Source: an uncultured virus (IMG/VR IMGVR_UViG_3300025471_000688)
Lineage: Duplodnaviria > Heunggongvirae > Uroviricota > Caudoviricetes
Strand: one strand, 5' to 3'
Virus record (IMG/VR): IMGVR_UViG_3300025471_000688
Length of the DNA: 64,000 nt
Below are positions 27,984 to 37,565 of the stretch, piece by piece. The position numbers and the translations under genes were made by a program. Every line of letters starts with the position of its first letter. The stretch's first letter is position 1. Below the pieces are notes generated by a model. It was given only the letters and a program-made list of their open reading frames with translations, had not been told where the DNA came from and did not search any database.

Positions 27984-28495
27984 CGGAGCATCTCCTTGTA
28001 GGGCTCGTATCGCGAGATCCGTCGCCGCGTTTCCAGATACCGTGCTTCGCCTAGTCTTTGGCGCAGCTCGTGTTGGTGTAGCGCGGCATGCTCTTCTGCA
28101 GAGAGCAACTCGAGGTTCTCAATTCGGTTATCAGTTCTGTCGTGGTTGCGGTGGTGGACGTGCTCATCCGCGAGGAGTTTACGACCAAGGGCGCGCTCCA
28201 TAACAAGACGGTGTTCGAATACATACTTGCTGCCGTTCCGTTCAATACGATGCGGATTGAGCACGAGCACGTATCCCTGGGGATCGATGTAGCGCCCGCC
28301 CCGAAAATTCGGATTCAGCGATCCTGCCCGGCCAGCCATGGAATTCCGAACTCGGGAAATGTGGCCGTTGATGTACCGCGGAATCCCGCGGGCGTGATGA
28401 TGCCGTTTGATTTCTATAAGCCCGCCGCATCCGCAATGACATCGATACTTGCCCTGTTGAGTAGCGACCCATGCATTAAGGTCGAAACGCGACAT
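27968..28495 (-). CDS. HNH endonuclease (free-standing, homing type)
   Basis: CHCGCG; EHRLVME...VHHRNHDRTDNRIENLEL. Confidence 0.88.
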   Translation of the reverse strand: MSRFDLNAWVATQQGKYRCHCGCGGLIEIKRHHHARGIPRYINGHISRVRNSMAGRAGSLNPNFRGGRYIDPQGYVLVLNPHRIERNGSKYVFEHRLVMERALGRKLLADEHVHHRNHDRTDNRIENLELLSAEEHAALHQHELRQRLGEARYLETRRRISRYEPYKEMLRCLVS

Positions 28496-28579
28496 ACCTT
28501 TCCTCTCTGGGTTTCCGTATGGTCTTGTGGGAGCGAGCGCTACCGTCCAGGACGGTCCGGTAGCGCTATTCCAGCTGCA

Positions 28580-29044
28580 TTAGAACGGGACAAGGGCGTC
28601 GCCGGCCTCCTCCCGGAACTTCCCCGGCGCGCGGCCGTTCTCGATGCGGCGGTTGAAGAAGATGTTCTCGTTGTCGCCCTTGGTCTTCTTCGTGACCTCG
28701 AGCTTCACGTCCAGCAGCTTCTTCAGGTGCTTCGGCAGATCGGAGAGCTTTTCGAGATCGAGGCCGCACAGATGCAGGTCGGTCTTGACGTACTTCAGCG
28801 TGTTGTGGGTGATGACGCTGTTACGCCACATCAGGCGATTGATGAACTTCGGCGCGATGATGCGGAGCGTCCACTTCAGCATCGGGTTGCCGGAGGACTG
28901 TGCCTCGGTCAACTCCACCTTCTCCACCGTGACCTGATACTTGCCGTCGGGAACGCTCTCGAAATCGCCGCGTTCTTCGGGCTGCTCGGAGCGGAAGTCT
29001 TCGTCGAATTGGGACAGATCAATTGCGTGCTTGCTCATGGTCAT
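28580..29044 (-). CDS. DUF669-like ssDNA-binding protein
   Basis: VPDGKYQVTV...SSGNPMLKW; acidic C-terminus ending in PF. Confidence 0.75.
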   Translation of the reverse strand: MTMSKHAIDLSQFDEDFRSEQPEERGDFESVPDGKYQVTVEKVELTEAQSSGNPMLKWTLRIIAPKFINRLMWRNSVITHNTLKYVKTDLHLCGLDLEKLSDLPKHLKKLLDVKLEVTKKTKGDNENIFFNRRIENGRAPGKFREEAGDALVPF

Positions 29045-29059
29045 CCTCCTGTTGGGAAC

Positions 29060-29797
29060 CTATTTCGCCGCTGCCTTGGCGGGCTGGGCCCTCAGCGTCG
29101 CGACGGCAGCGTTGAAGGCGTCGAGATACTTCCGGAAGTCAAGGTCGATCGTCTCGGGCAATCGGCCGGTGCGGTCGCCGGCCTCGTAGTACAGGCTCGG
29201 CTTGGTGCGGATCACCCGCCGGATGTTCTTGGCGCCATCATCGGCAGTGGTGAGCTCCAGGTCGCAGAACAACACCTGATCCACCATGCCGAGCACGATT
29301 TTGCGGGCCTTGTCGGGCAGTGTCGGCACGATGCGCGTGTACTTGCCCGTGCGGGTGTCGATCTCGATCTCCTTGGCGTGGGAGACCAGAAAAAGGCCGT
29401 AGGGCAGGAAGGCCAGCTTGGTCAGCACGCGCTGGAATTCGTTGTTGACGAGCGCGTAGCCTTTGCCGTAGCCGAGGTCCGATTCGTGCTCGATCTTGCA
29501 CTTCCTGACGATGTAATCCGTGCAGAACTTGTAGGCGTTGTCGATGGTGTCGATGATGACCGTTTTGAACGGGTGCTTCCCCTCGGTGACCTCGGCGCAG
29601 GCGTTGAGCAGATCTTCCCAGGACTGGATGGGGACCTGATACACCTCGAGGGCGTTCAGGCCCGGCTCGGTGGCGAGAAACAGTGCGCCATCGGCCTGCG
29701 AGCAGAACGTGGACTTGCCGATCTTCGTTTGTCCGTACACCAGCACGGTCATGTCGGCGAGGGCTGGCTTGGCTTGTGTCTTTGCGGTTGGCAGCAT
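29060..29797 (-). CDS. AAA_24 / Sak4-like ATPase
   Basis: 245 aa; YGQTKIGKST, VIIDTID, GYGKGY, LVSHAK. Confidence 0.82.
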   Translation of the reverse strand: MLPTAKTQAKPALADMTVLVYGQTKIGKSTFCSQADGALFLATEPGLNALEVYQVPIQSWEDLLNACAEVTEGKHPFKTVIIDTIDNAYKFCTDYIVRKCKIEHESDLGYGKGYALVNNEFQRVLTKLAFLPYGLFLVSHAKEIEIDTRTGKYTRIVPTLPDKARKIVLGMVDQVLFCDLELTTADDGAKNIRRVIRTKPSLYYEAGDRTGRLPETIDLDFRKYLDAFNAAVATLRAQPAKAAAK

Positions 29798-29808
29798 ATG
29801 TCTCCTTT

Positions 29809-31953
29809 TCAAAAAGCTGGCTCCGGCGCGTCGGCGGGCAGCACCCGCAGCTCTTCGTTTGGCGGGACGCGCTGATAGAAGTTCTCGATCACGTTGGGAT
29901 TTCCGTTGGAGCGGCACAACGCGAAGTACGGGCACGGCCGCTGGTAGTTGAAGCAGAAGGCGGTGTTCTGGTAGAAAACCCCGCGCCTGCGCGCGTCCAG
30001 GAAGGCCTGCGTCAGCTCCCACAACTCGCTGCGGAGGATGTCGAAGCGGTCGCGCGAGAGATAGAGCATCTCGCGGTGGAACATCTCTGGATCGGCGTAC
30101 TTCTCCGTGAGGCGCTGCTGGAATTCCTCATCGCTTTCCGGCATGCGGCGCTTCGCCGTGGTTTTGCCGGTCTTCGATTTCGCCAGCAACTCGGCGCGCC
30201 GCGCCTGGAATTCCTCCTCCGTTTCGCCCTTGCTCTGCTGGAGCTTGGCCTTCACCAGGACGTTGTAGAGAATGCCGGTGATGGGGATGCCCATCGTCTG
30301 CTCGATGTAGTGGGCGTAGATGGTGATCTGGAAGTCGGTCCAGAGCTTCTCGAGGTAATCGGCATCGACTTGCGATGCAGTATTGTGTGTGATGACATCG
30401 TCCACAACGAAGTTGTGGAGCTCCGGAACGGTCAGGTTGTACATCAACTGCCTTCCCGAGACGATCACCGCCTCAATCGGGTCCCAGAAGACTTCCGCGT
30501 GCTGAAGCCATTCCGGGAGGCTGGGCGGTTCCATTCGAGGGTCTTCGCCCGGCTTCACAAGTGCCCGGGCACTTTGGATCACTTCGGGGTACTTCAGGAT
30601 GGGGATCGTGCCCGTGATCGCAAGATCGAGGAACCTGCGCTTCGAGCCTCTACCGATCACCCTGGTGTTGAAAACCGCTCTGCGTTCCCCCTGATATGCG
30701 ACCGAGGACCGGGTAACGGACGAATAAACGCCGAGGCGTAACAGAAGTTTCTGGATTCCTAAGCAAAGGGCGTGGGAACGTGAGGCATAGGCGATTCGGA
30801 TTTTCTCGTGAATGCGAGAGCAGTCGGGCCGCTTCTCCTGAAACACGTCCACGCTGCCGTCGGTGCTCCATAGCGCGCCGAGCAGAAGTCCGACCTGAAA
30901 GTCCGTTATCGAGTGGAGAGCGTCCGGGAGGTGCTTCTCATATGCGCTTTCCTCATAGAGGCCAAGCCTTTCCATGAGGAGACGCGCCGGGCTATCGGGC
31001 GCGCGGGACAACCTGACCTGAGGGGTGCGGCCGTCTCGCCGCTGTACGTGGAACCGGATGCCCAAGCGACCAGCCACCGCCACGAAGTCGTCAAGCACAG
31101 CCCCATCGGACTTGCTGAAGGTCAGGCTCGACAGGGTGCCGTCCGCCAGCATGTACCCCGCCAGCTTTACCTCGTCATCGGAGAATGGGCTTTGCTCGTG
31201 ACACGCCCCGGTATTGTGCGGAACTGCTGCCCAGTCGCCTTTCTTCAGCGCGCCCGCGAACACCCAGCCCTTATGAGTGAGGACCGGGTGGTTGTCCGAG
31301 ACTGTGAGCGTGCGGCCTGACTTGAGGACGATTCGGAAGACGTCCCGAACCTTGTCCGGCTGTGGAATGCCTGCTTGGGCTTGCCTGAGCCGGCCACGGT
31401 CATCAATACCGAGAACGACAGGCGCTATTTGGTGCTGGGCCATCTCGCGGACCGTCAGTAGCTCACCCGATGCGTAATCGTAAATTCGGCTGTCGCCTGT
31501 GATGCACTTATGTTCGAGGATGAAGTGATCGCCGCCGATGCGGATGATGCCGTCCACCTTGCCGGCGAGCTTGAAGCTACGCGATGCGGCGCCGGTGGCG
31601 GGATTCACGATCGGGCCTTCGAACGCTTTCTCCAGCGCGATGACCTCGAACTCCTCGGCCGGATACCTGAAGGCGTAGCCCTTCATCATGGCAGTGGCGA
31701 GGTGCCAGTCTCGCCGCTGATCCTCATCCTGCGTCCGGTTTATGCATCGCCTGTCGATAAGATCGAGCACCTCGGCCAGGTCGCGCTGCGCATGCCAGCT
31801 CTGAAGGCACTCGTGGATGAGAGAGCCGAAGTGCAGGTTCCGGTCCCGCTGGAGAGGGACGAGCTGCTGAAGGTAGCGCCATTCCACTGCCTTGCGGCAG
31901 TTCCGGAACAGCGACCACATAGAGTAGGTTGAAACCATCGGCGCCGCGCTCAT
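29809..31953 (-). CDS. RecB/Cas4-like PD-(D/E)XK exonuclease containing an intein
   Basis: FGSLIHECL, GKVDG, EHK|T, QITIY; Cys near the N-terminus plus C-x6-CPY-x3-C near the C-terminus. Confidence 0.88.
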   Translation of the reverse strand: MSAAPMVSTYSMWSLFRNCRKAVEWRYLQQLVPLQRDRNLHFGSLIHECLQSWHAQRDLAEVLDLIDRRCINRTQDEDQRRDWHLATAMMKGYAFRYPAEEFEVIALEKAFEGPIVNPATGAASRSFKLAGKVDGIIRIGGDHFILEHKCITGDSRIYDYASGELLTVREMAQHQIAPVVLGIDDRGRLRQAQAGIPQPDKVRDVFRIVLKSGRTLTVSDNHPVLTHKGWVFAGALKKGDWAAVPHNTGACHEQSPFSDDEVKLAGYMLADGTLSSLTFSKSDGAVLDDFVAVAGRLGIRFHVQRRDGRTPQVRLSRAPDSPARLLMERLGLYEESAYEKHLPDALHSITDFQVGLLLGALWSTDGSVDVFQEKRPDCSRIHEKIRIAYASRSHALCLGIQKLLLRLGVYSSVTRSSVAYQGERRAVFNTRVIGRGSKRRFLDLAITGTIPILKYPEVIQSARALVKPGEDPRMEPPSLPEWLQHAEVFWDPIEAVIVSGRQLMYNLTVPELHNFVVDDVITHNTASQVDADYLEKLWTDFQITIYAHYIEQTMGIPITGILYNVLVKAKLQQSKGETEEEFQARRAELLAKSKTGKTTAKRRMPESDEEFQQRLTEKYADPEMFHREMLYLSRDRFDILRSELWELTQAFLDARRRGVFYQNTAFCFNYQRPCPYFALCRSNGNPNVIENFYQRVPPNEELRVLPADAPEPAF
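30382..31506 (-). mobile_element. Intein (375 aa) with LAGLIDADG homing endonuclease
   Basis: Starts CITGDSRI; block B SDNHPVLT; LAGYMLADG and LGALWSTDG; ends HNFVVDDVITHN followed by Thr. Confidence 0.93.
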
Positions 31954-32486
31954 CGGGCGCCTCCCCGCGACGCGAGGGTCGCCGGTGTGATTCCCGCCTC
32001 AATGAACGCGCGCCGGATCTCGGCGATCCACTGATAAATCCGGGAGCGCGACTTGCCGGTTTCGCGGCAGATCTCCGGCACGCTCATCTCGGTCAACTGG
32101 CGGGCCAGGATTTGAAGGTGACGGGGCAGGCGCTGGAGCACACCCTGGACGTCGAGGCGAACATCGAGCTCCGCGTCCGGCCTGCTGACCGCTGCGGCCT
32201 CAAGCTTGCCGGCCTCCGGCTCGGGCTCTCGATGCGCGCTCGCCCGGCGGCCGCGCACGGCAAGTTTCGCCGCTTCGTTCCGGACGACGCCGAAAATGAA
32301 TCCGCGCATGTCGCCGCGTTCGGAATCGAATTGCGGAAGGCGCTCCAGGCAGTCCAGCAGCAGGTCCTGGCGCAGGTCTTCCCAATCGTCGCGGGTATAT
32401 CCGTATCGGCCGACCATCCGGCTTGCGCGGATCCCGGCCTGTTCCATGGCGAAGGGGTCCAGGACGGAGGTCAAGGCGGCGCTCAT
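31950..32486 (-). CDS. Sigma-70/ECF-like sigma factor
   Basis: EDLRQDLLL...FDSERG..RGFIFGVVRN (region 2); LP...SVPEICRETGKSRSRIY (region 4). Confidence 0.75.
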   Translation of the reverse strand: MSAALTSVLDPFAMEQAGIRASRMVGRYGYTRDDWEDLRQDLLLDCLERLPQFDSERGDMRGFIFGVVRNEAAKLAVRGRRASAHREPEPEAGKLEAAAVSRPDAELDVRLDVQGVLQRLPRHLQILARQLTEMSVPEICRETGKSRSRIYQWIAEIRRAFIEAGITPATLASRGGAR

Positions 32487-32812
32487 GCGTCCACCTCCGC
32501 GGGCGCGGCCTCGACCACCATGCGGAAAGGCAGACCGTGCCGCACGTCAATGCGCTCCACCGTGCCGTCGCTCAGGCGGTGGATCTGCTCGATGAACCGG
32601 TCGACTTGGCTGCGCAGTTCGAACCGGTCGAGCCGGCGTTCCGGCCGCGGACCGTCGGCGGCATCGAGTTTCAGCTCAAGGAAAACGCGCGGTCCCGGGC
32701 TGAACACGGGCTCGCCGTTCCGGATTTCGAGCTCCTCGAGGCGTCCAAAGTTGATGGTCTGGAACAGGCGCAACAAGCGCTGCCAGGCTGGAGAGAGATC
32801 GGCGAACTGCAT
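32483..32812 (-). CDS. Hypothetical protein
   Basis: 109 aa; internal duplication FGRLEELEIRNGEP / GTVERIDVRHGLP. Confidence 0.65.
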   Translation of the reverse strand: MQFADLSPAWQRLLRLFQTINFGRLEELEIRNGEPVFSPGPRVFLELKLDAADGPRPERRLDRFELRSQVDRFIEQIHRLSDGTVERIDVRHGLPFRMVVEAAPAEVDA

Positions 32813-32815
32813 GGC

Positions 32816-33148
32816 CTACTCCCCCATCCCGGCGCGATTGCGCACGAGGAATTCGTCCACGGCGGCGTGAATGCGCGGAGGGCGCGCGCCGCCTGGTTCA
32901 TACTCCTCGCGCGGCGCGAGACCCTTGAGTTCGCGGAGCAGGCGGACGCGGATGCGGTCCAGCCGCTTCATGACCGTCCACACCAGATCGTCATCGAGCT
33001 GGTGCAGGGCGGTGGCGCTGGCGATGACAAGCGCCACGTCGGCCAGCGCCTCGCGGACGAGCGATTCCACATTGACAGGAGGGCCGGCATTGGGAGGTGC
33101 GGCCGCCGGCGGGACCGTTGGGTTCGTAGCAGAGGGTAAGGTGCTCAT
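32816..33148 (-). CDS. Hypothetical protein
   Basis: 110 aa; first gene of the replication operon. Confidence 0.55.
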   Translation of the reverse strand: MSTLPSATNPTVPPAAAPPNAGPPVNVESLVREALADVALVIASATALHQLDDDLVWTVMKRLDRIRVRLLRELKGLAPREEYEPGGARPPRIHAAVDEFLVRNRAGMGE

Positions 33149-33167
33149 CGATTGCCTCGGCCCCGAT

Positions 33168-33292
33168 CCGTGGAAAATTCCGTGGGAAGGCGGCTTTCCG
33201 CCGCCGCGCAACGCTATGTAGTTGAAAACAGGAAGAATTTAGTTTTGAAGAATTTTCGGCGCGCATGCCTGTGGCCGTGGAAAATTCCACGG
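33168..33292. promoter_or_regulatory. Pair of operator-like sites CCGTGGAAAATTCC
   Basis: 14-bp direct repeat at 33168-33181 and 33275-33288; the second extends to the palindrome CCGTGGAA-AA-TTCCACGG; AT-rich spacer. Confidence 0.6.
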
Positions 33293-33308
33293 TGGCTTGC
33301 TGGCTCGC

Positions 33309-34772
33309 TTACCGGCGGCGCTCGGAGGAGCAGTCGAAGGTCGCTGCCCAAACCCTAGTCGTCTCGCTGAACTGTAGAGGATCGCCAGCGAGGCCGGTCT
33401 GATCACGTAGCCACTGGTTGAGTTTCAGAACGGCGATGTCATCACCCCTCCGCGCCAGCCTCCCGCCTGCCTGCAGCAGGTCAACTAAAGCCCGGCCCTC
33501 CGGCAGGAGCCGGTCCACATCCCGCGCGAGCCCCAGATCCACCAGCGAGTACTCATGCCAAAGTGTTTCCTGATGTTCCGCCGCGTTGGTTTCTCCGGTG
33601 CGGGCTTCCCTGGCGCCTCGAAGCCGGTTCGCTTTGACGCCTACCGCAATTCGGCCATCGCCGCGCTCGATGATTTGGTAGCTCATCCACGAGCCGTCCG
33701 ACGGCAGCGGGAGGTTCATGTACCCCGCGCGCCGGATCTTGAAACAGCACGTGTAGGCTCGTTCATCCGCATCCCAGCGGATCGACTCGCCTTCGGCGGC
33801 GAGCAAGTTCCCGAGCCTCTTTCTGAGATTGCTGATCTGCTTGCGAAAACCGTCAGCGCGGGTCTTGGGGTCCTTGACCTTGACCTCTTCCATAGGCAGG
33901 CGGCCGCGGCGTAAGGCGAAGAAGCGCAGGATCTGATACGACTTGTCACTCTCTCCTGTCTTCCGCCGGGAATCGGCAAAGCCCGCGTCTTCGGGATCGA
34001 TTTCCCATGACTGGCCTCGCGCGAAAACTCGCAACGACGACTCGCCGGGCTCCAGCGTGATCTCCGGCCAGGTAATCCCTCCGGGGATGGGCAGGCTGCG
34101 GATCTTATCCTCCTTGATGGCCCGGTCCCTGGGCAGGGCGTCCTCGATGTAGTCGAGATCCACCGTGAGTCCGTCCGCGCCGAGCTCCACCGCTTGCGCC
34201 ACGTCAAACACAGTCAGCCGGTCCAGGCCGTCCTGTTTAGGGAGTTGGACGACGAACAGGATGCCGTCCCTGGTGGTCAGAGAGCGCCCGGCTGCGTCGG
34301 CAATCCTCGCCTCCTCGCCGCTCGCGGCCATCGCCAGGAACACGTCGCGGAACCGGCCTGCCAGGCGTCGCCGCCCGAGTTTCCACATCATGCCAGCCAG
34401 GACCTCTTCGACCGTTCCAGACAGATCCATCGCCGCAGCGAGTCTCTTGGCCATGGCGCTGGCGTCGACAATCCACTGCCACAGACGGATTTCCGGGACA
34501 TGCACCGGGCCCTCTTCCATGCACTGGATATAGGCTCGTTTCCCCAAAGGGTCACGGACGCTCGACTCCCAGCGCACTTGCTCCCAATGGCCTTTCCCGC
34601 ACGCATCGCAGGTGACCTTTTCCGCGAAGGGGCCCACCCGCAAAATCCCCAGCTTCACCAAGTGCTCGAGGCGCTCCCGCGGCCACTCTCGCACCTCATC
34701 GAAGCAGAACACTCGCTCTCTTGAGGCGCATCGGCGCACGACGGCACGCCAGAGTTCAGCCGGCGACCTCAA
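33309..34772 (-). CDS. Hypothetical protein with CxxC and wHTH-like region
   Basis: 487 aa; CDAC..H...C; FRKQISNLRKRL resembles the OmpR-type wHTH recognition helix. Confidence 0.6.
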   Translation of the reverse strand: MRSPAELWRAVVRRCASRERVFCFDEVREWPRERLEHLVKLGILRVGPFAEKVTCDACGKGHWEQVRWESSVRDPLGKRAYIQCMEEGPVHVPEIRLWQWIVDASAMAKRLAAAMDLSGTVEEVLAGMMWKLGRRRLAGRFRDVFLAMAASGEEARIADAAGRSLTTRDGILFVVQLPKQDGLDRLTVFDVAQAVELGADGLTVDLDYIEDALPRDRAIKEDKIRSLPIPGGITWPEITLEPGESSLRVFARGQSWEIDPEDAGFADSRRKTGESDKSYQILRFFALRRGRLPMEEVKVKDPKTRADGFRKQISNLRKRLGNLLAAEGESIRWDADERAYTCCFKIRRAGYMNLPLPSDGSWMSYQIIERGDGRIAVGVKANRLRGAREARTGETNAAEHQETLWHEYSLVDLGLARDVDRLLPEGRALVDLLQAGGRLARRGDDIAVLKLNQWLRDQTGLAGDPLQFSETTRVWAATFDCSSERRR

Positions 34773-35913
34773 TCGTCCACTCCTTGAGGTATCCCCGAAG
34801 AATATCCGCCTCGTCCGAGTCGTCCAGATTGCAGTGTGTCGGCGTGATTTCGAACGTAACCGTGCGCTTGCGTTTGCCGGGCGACTCGAACACTACCTGC
34901 AAGCTCACCTCGCGGATGGTGACGTTCGAGAGCGTTGCCGTCTGCTCGGCCAGGTGCGCCCGGATCAAGTCGTAAACGGGCTTCTGGGAGCGCCCGGTAT
35001 CGACAGTGATCGTCCCGCTATCGGCCCCATGCACATCGAACCGGAGTGCCTTCACGCGGACGGAGGTGATGTGATGTTCGGGCTTCGTCGGCAACTCGAC
35101 ATCGGCCTTCTTGAAGAGATCGAGATTGTATGGCGCCGGCTTCCACGGTTCGGACTCCCGCGCTTCGCCGAATGCGATCTCCGTGAAGATGCCCGTCAAC
35201 TCGTCACGCACCACCCGGCCACCCTGGGCGTAGAGGTCGATAGTCCCCGCCGCTCCGTCATAAATGAAGACCACCTCGAAGGCTTTGCTCCAGGGACGAC
35301 GGCCCAACTCCCCCGATTCGTCATAGCCGAGAACCTCGTCTTCGTAGTCAGCGGGGTAGGCGAAAAACCAGTGGTTACCGTTGTTGCGCTTCTGGTGCTC
35401 GACCTTACACGGCGCGCCGCGGCCGTCGCGGGCGCGGTAATAGTCTCCGATGCGAGGGCCAAGTTGCGCCCTTGTCGTGTCGGGCGCAGCGAGATCCTGC
35501 TTCGGGAACCCGTTGCGCTTCTCCCACGAGGTGCGCCGCAATCCTTCGATGTGATCGAGAATCCGTGCGGCGCTGAATACGCCGGGATGATCGAGATAAC
35601 AGGCGAGCGCACGCTCGTGCGCGTTGCCGAGCGCGGCGAGTTCTTCCGCTAGATCGAGCCCCTGGTCCCGCCCGGCTTCGATCAGCGCCCGCGTGCCCCG
35701 CGGCGTGGCCAGGCAATGGACTTGGCGCAGGACGCGCCCAACAGCGCGAACTTCGTCTTTCTCCATCGCTTGCCAGCGATCGAAGATACGGTCGGTGCTT
35801 CCTTTGGTTCCCGCATCCCAATCAAAGTCCGCGAAGGCAGAGTAGGGAGCAAACAATCGGGCCAGTGTTTCGTTGGGGATGAGCCGGAGAACGGTCTTGG
35901 CGTTGTACTGCAT
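34756..35913 (-). CDS. Conserved-looking hypothetical protein
   Basis: 385 aa from MQYNAKT; overlaps the downstream ORF. Confidence 0.65.
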   Translation of the reverse strand: MQYNAKTVLRLIPNETLARLFAPYSAFADFDWDAGTKGSTDRIFDRWQAMEKDEVRAVGRVLRQVHCLATPRGTRALIEAGRDQGLDLAEELAALGNAHERALACYLDHPGVFSAARILDHIEGLRRTSWEKRNGFPKQDLAAPDTTRAQLGPRIGDYYRARDGRGAPCKVEHQKRNNGNHWFFAYPADYEDEVLGYDESGELGRRPWSKAFEVVFIYDGAAGTIDLYAQGGRVVRDELTGIFTEIAFGEARESEPWKPAPYNLDLFKKADVELPTKPEHHITSVRVKALRFDVHGADSGTITVDTGRSQKPVYDLIRAHLAEQTATLSNVTIREVSLQVVFESPGKRKRTVTFEITPTHCNLDDSDEADILRGYLKEWTIEVAG

Positions 35914-36164
35914 GGGCACGGATACCTCGCTACCATGGGAGGCTCCGCGCTTCAGTTCGGCGGTCAGCAGCCGGGACAACGGTAAGGCGAGGCGAGGCCC
36001 CAAGATGCCGGAGCCAGGAAAACGCTCTACACAAACGCCACTGACTCCACGATTCTACCATGGCGAAGATTAAGCGAAACAAGTCACAATGTAACGGCTT
36101 GATCGGTCGGCAAATCTCAGGCTTGACAGTGTTCGGCTTGTGGATTGTTGTGGAAATCGGACGC

Positions 36165-36187
36165 CGGCTCCGGACAGCCCGTAAGCC
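36165..36187 (+). repeat. 23-bp direct repeat, left copy
   Basis: CGGCTCCGGACAGCCCGTAAGCC; 22/23 identical to 38998-39020. Confidence 0.85.
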
Positions 36188-36221
36188 GTCGGCATTCCAG
36201 GCTGTGTACGACCGTAATTGC

Positions 36222-36632
36222 TTATGCTGATCTTCCGAGAAACCTCCGTAGCGTGCGCCGCAAGCACTCCTGGTCCTTGATCTCACATTCCCACACCACT
36301 AGGCTCTTCCATCCCAAACGTTGCAGCTCGGACTGCGCATTCCTGTCACGCTCCACATTCCGCGCCACCTTCCGCGTCCAATAGTCGCGATTCTGCACGG
36401 GTACGCGCGCGCCCCGGGCGCAATCATGCCCGTGCCAAAAGCAGCCATGCACGAAGATCACCTTGCGCAGTCTCGGAAACGCCAGATCCGGCTTCCCTGG
36501 CAGGTCCTTCCGATGAAGCCGGAAGCGGAAACCCATGCCGTGCGCCAGGCGCCGCACCGCCAGTTCGGGCGTCGTATCGGCGCCCTTGACCGCCCGCATG
36601 ATGCGACTCCGCTGCTCCGGAGTCTCCTTCAT
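36222..36632 (-). CDS. vsr: Very short patch repair endonuclease
   Basis: RSRIMRAVKGADTTPEL, LPGKPD, FVHGCFWHGH, VVWEC. Confidence 0.93.
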   Translation of the reverse strand: MKETPEQRSRIMRAVKGADTTPELAVRRLAHGMGFRFRLHRKDLPGKPDLAFPRLRKVIFVHGCFWHGHDCARGARVPVQNRDYWTRKVARNVERDRNAQSELQRLGWKSLVVWECEIKDQECLRRTLRRFLGRSA

Positions 36633-37564
36633 CGCCGCAATTCGATCCTCAAGCTGGGATCGGTCTCGAACTCGTCGACGATTTCGTTGTATCGCTCTAC
36701 CAGGTCCGCAACGGCCGTCTTGCGTCCTTCGGCGCCGAACTTTCCCCACTCATAGAGATTAAGTGCGACGAACTGCTCGACCTCAAAGATGTCGATCCGA
36801 TCTGCGAGCCCGGCATTGCCAGCAAGGCCCTCGGCAACCGTGAGGCCGCGTTGGAGCGTCACCAACATCGGCCGATAGCCGTCGTTCAGGTTCTCGCGGC
36901 ACTTCTCGATTACCGCTTCGCCCGGCGATGTCGTGACGTGAATGGCCACATCCCCAATCAGGAAATCACCTGCGCGGGAGCCGGGCGCATCCGCCGTCGA
37001 AAAACTGTTGTGCTCGACGGTTCCCTTTCCTAGCGCGCAATCGAGCTTCGCGCCGACCAAGTGCTGAAGCACCGCGCCCGCATAGTACATGCCTGGGGTG
37101 GTCTTCTGACGATCTACAGCCTGGGCGATCACATCGCGAACGACCATGCGTAGGCTGCGCGCTGCGTCCAACTTGATCTTGAACGGTTTCCCCGCGAAGA
37201 ATTCATGGACCCGCTCGATCCAAAACGCCTCCACAGCGTCCAGATCGACCTCGCCTACCCTGGACAGGTTGTTCAGAAAGGCGACGTACTCCCGCATGTT
37301 CTTCAGACTGCCGCGTGACGTGCGCCCCCCTTCGTCAGCCAGGACCCGCGTGACGCCATGCCGCTTCAGAACCGCCTGAACAGCCCCCTTCCCAAGGCCG
37401 AGGACTTGGCCGCCGCCTTCCGTGAGAAGTCGATCCGGGTCCAAGGGAAGTCCCATCGACTTCGCGTGTTGTGTCACCACTAAGGCGACGCAGAGCGGGC
37501 CTTTTCCCCGGAAACGTTTTTCGACCGCGAATGCGGCCAGTTCCTGCTGGTGCGCGCCTGTCAT
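36629..37564 (-). CDS. DUF4928-type putative restriction endonuclease
   Basis: KGPLCVALVVT, EGGRTSRG, GAVLQHLVGAKL, GDF..GDVAIHVT; located between dcm and vsr. Confidence 0.75.
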   Translation of the reverse strand: MTGAHQQELAAFAVEKRFRGKGPLCVALVVTQHAKSMGLPLDPDRLLTEGGGQVLGLGKGAVQAVLKRHGVTRVLADEGGRTSRGSLKNMREYVAFLNNLSRVGEVDLDAVEAFWIERVHEFFAGKPFKIKLDAARSLRMVVRDVIAQAVDRQKTTPGMYYAGAVLQHLVGAKLDCALGKGTVEHNSFSTADAPGSRAGDFLIGDVAIHVTTSPGEAVIEKCRENLNDGYRPMLVTLQRGLTVAEGLAGNAGLADRIDIFEVEQFVALNLYEWGKFGAEGRKTAVADLVERYNEIVDEFETDPSLRIELRR

Positions 37565-37565
37565 C

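Noticed and set aside
29809..31953. Cas4-like nuclease as the adaptation gene of the I-G system
   Set aside because: It sits in the phage recombination operon with the AAA and SSB-like genes, 10 kb from cas, and no Cas1 is present.
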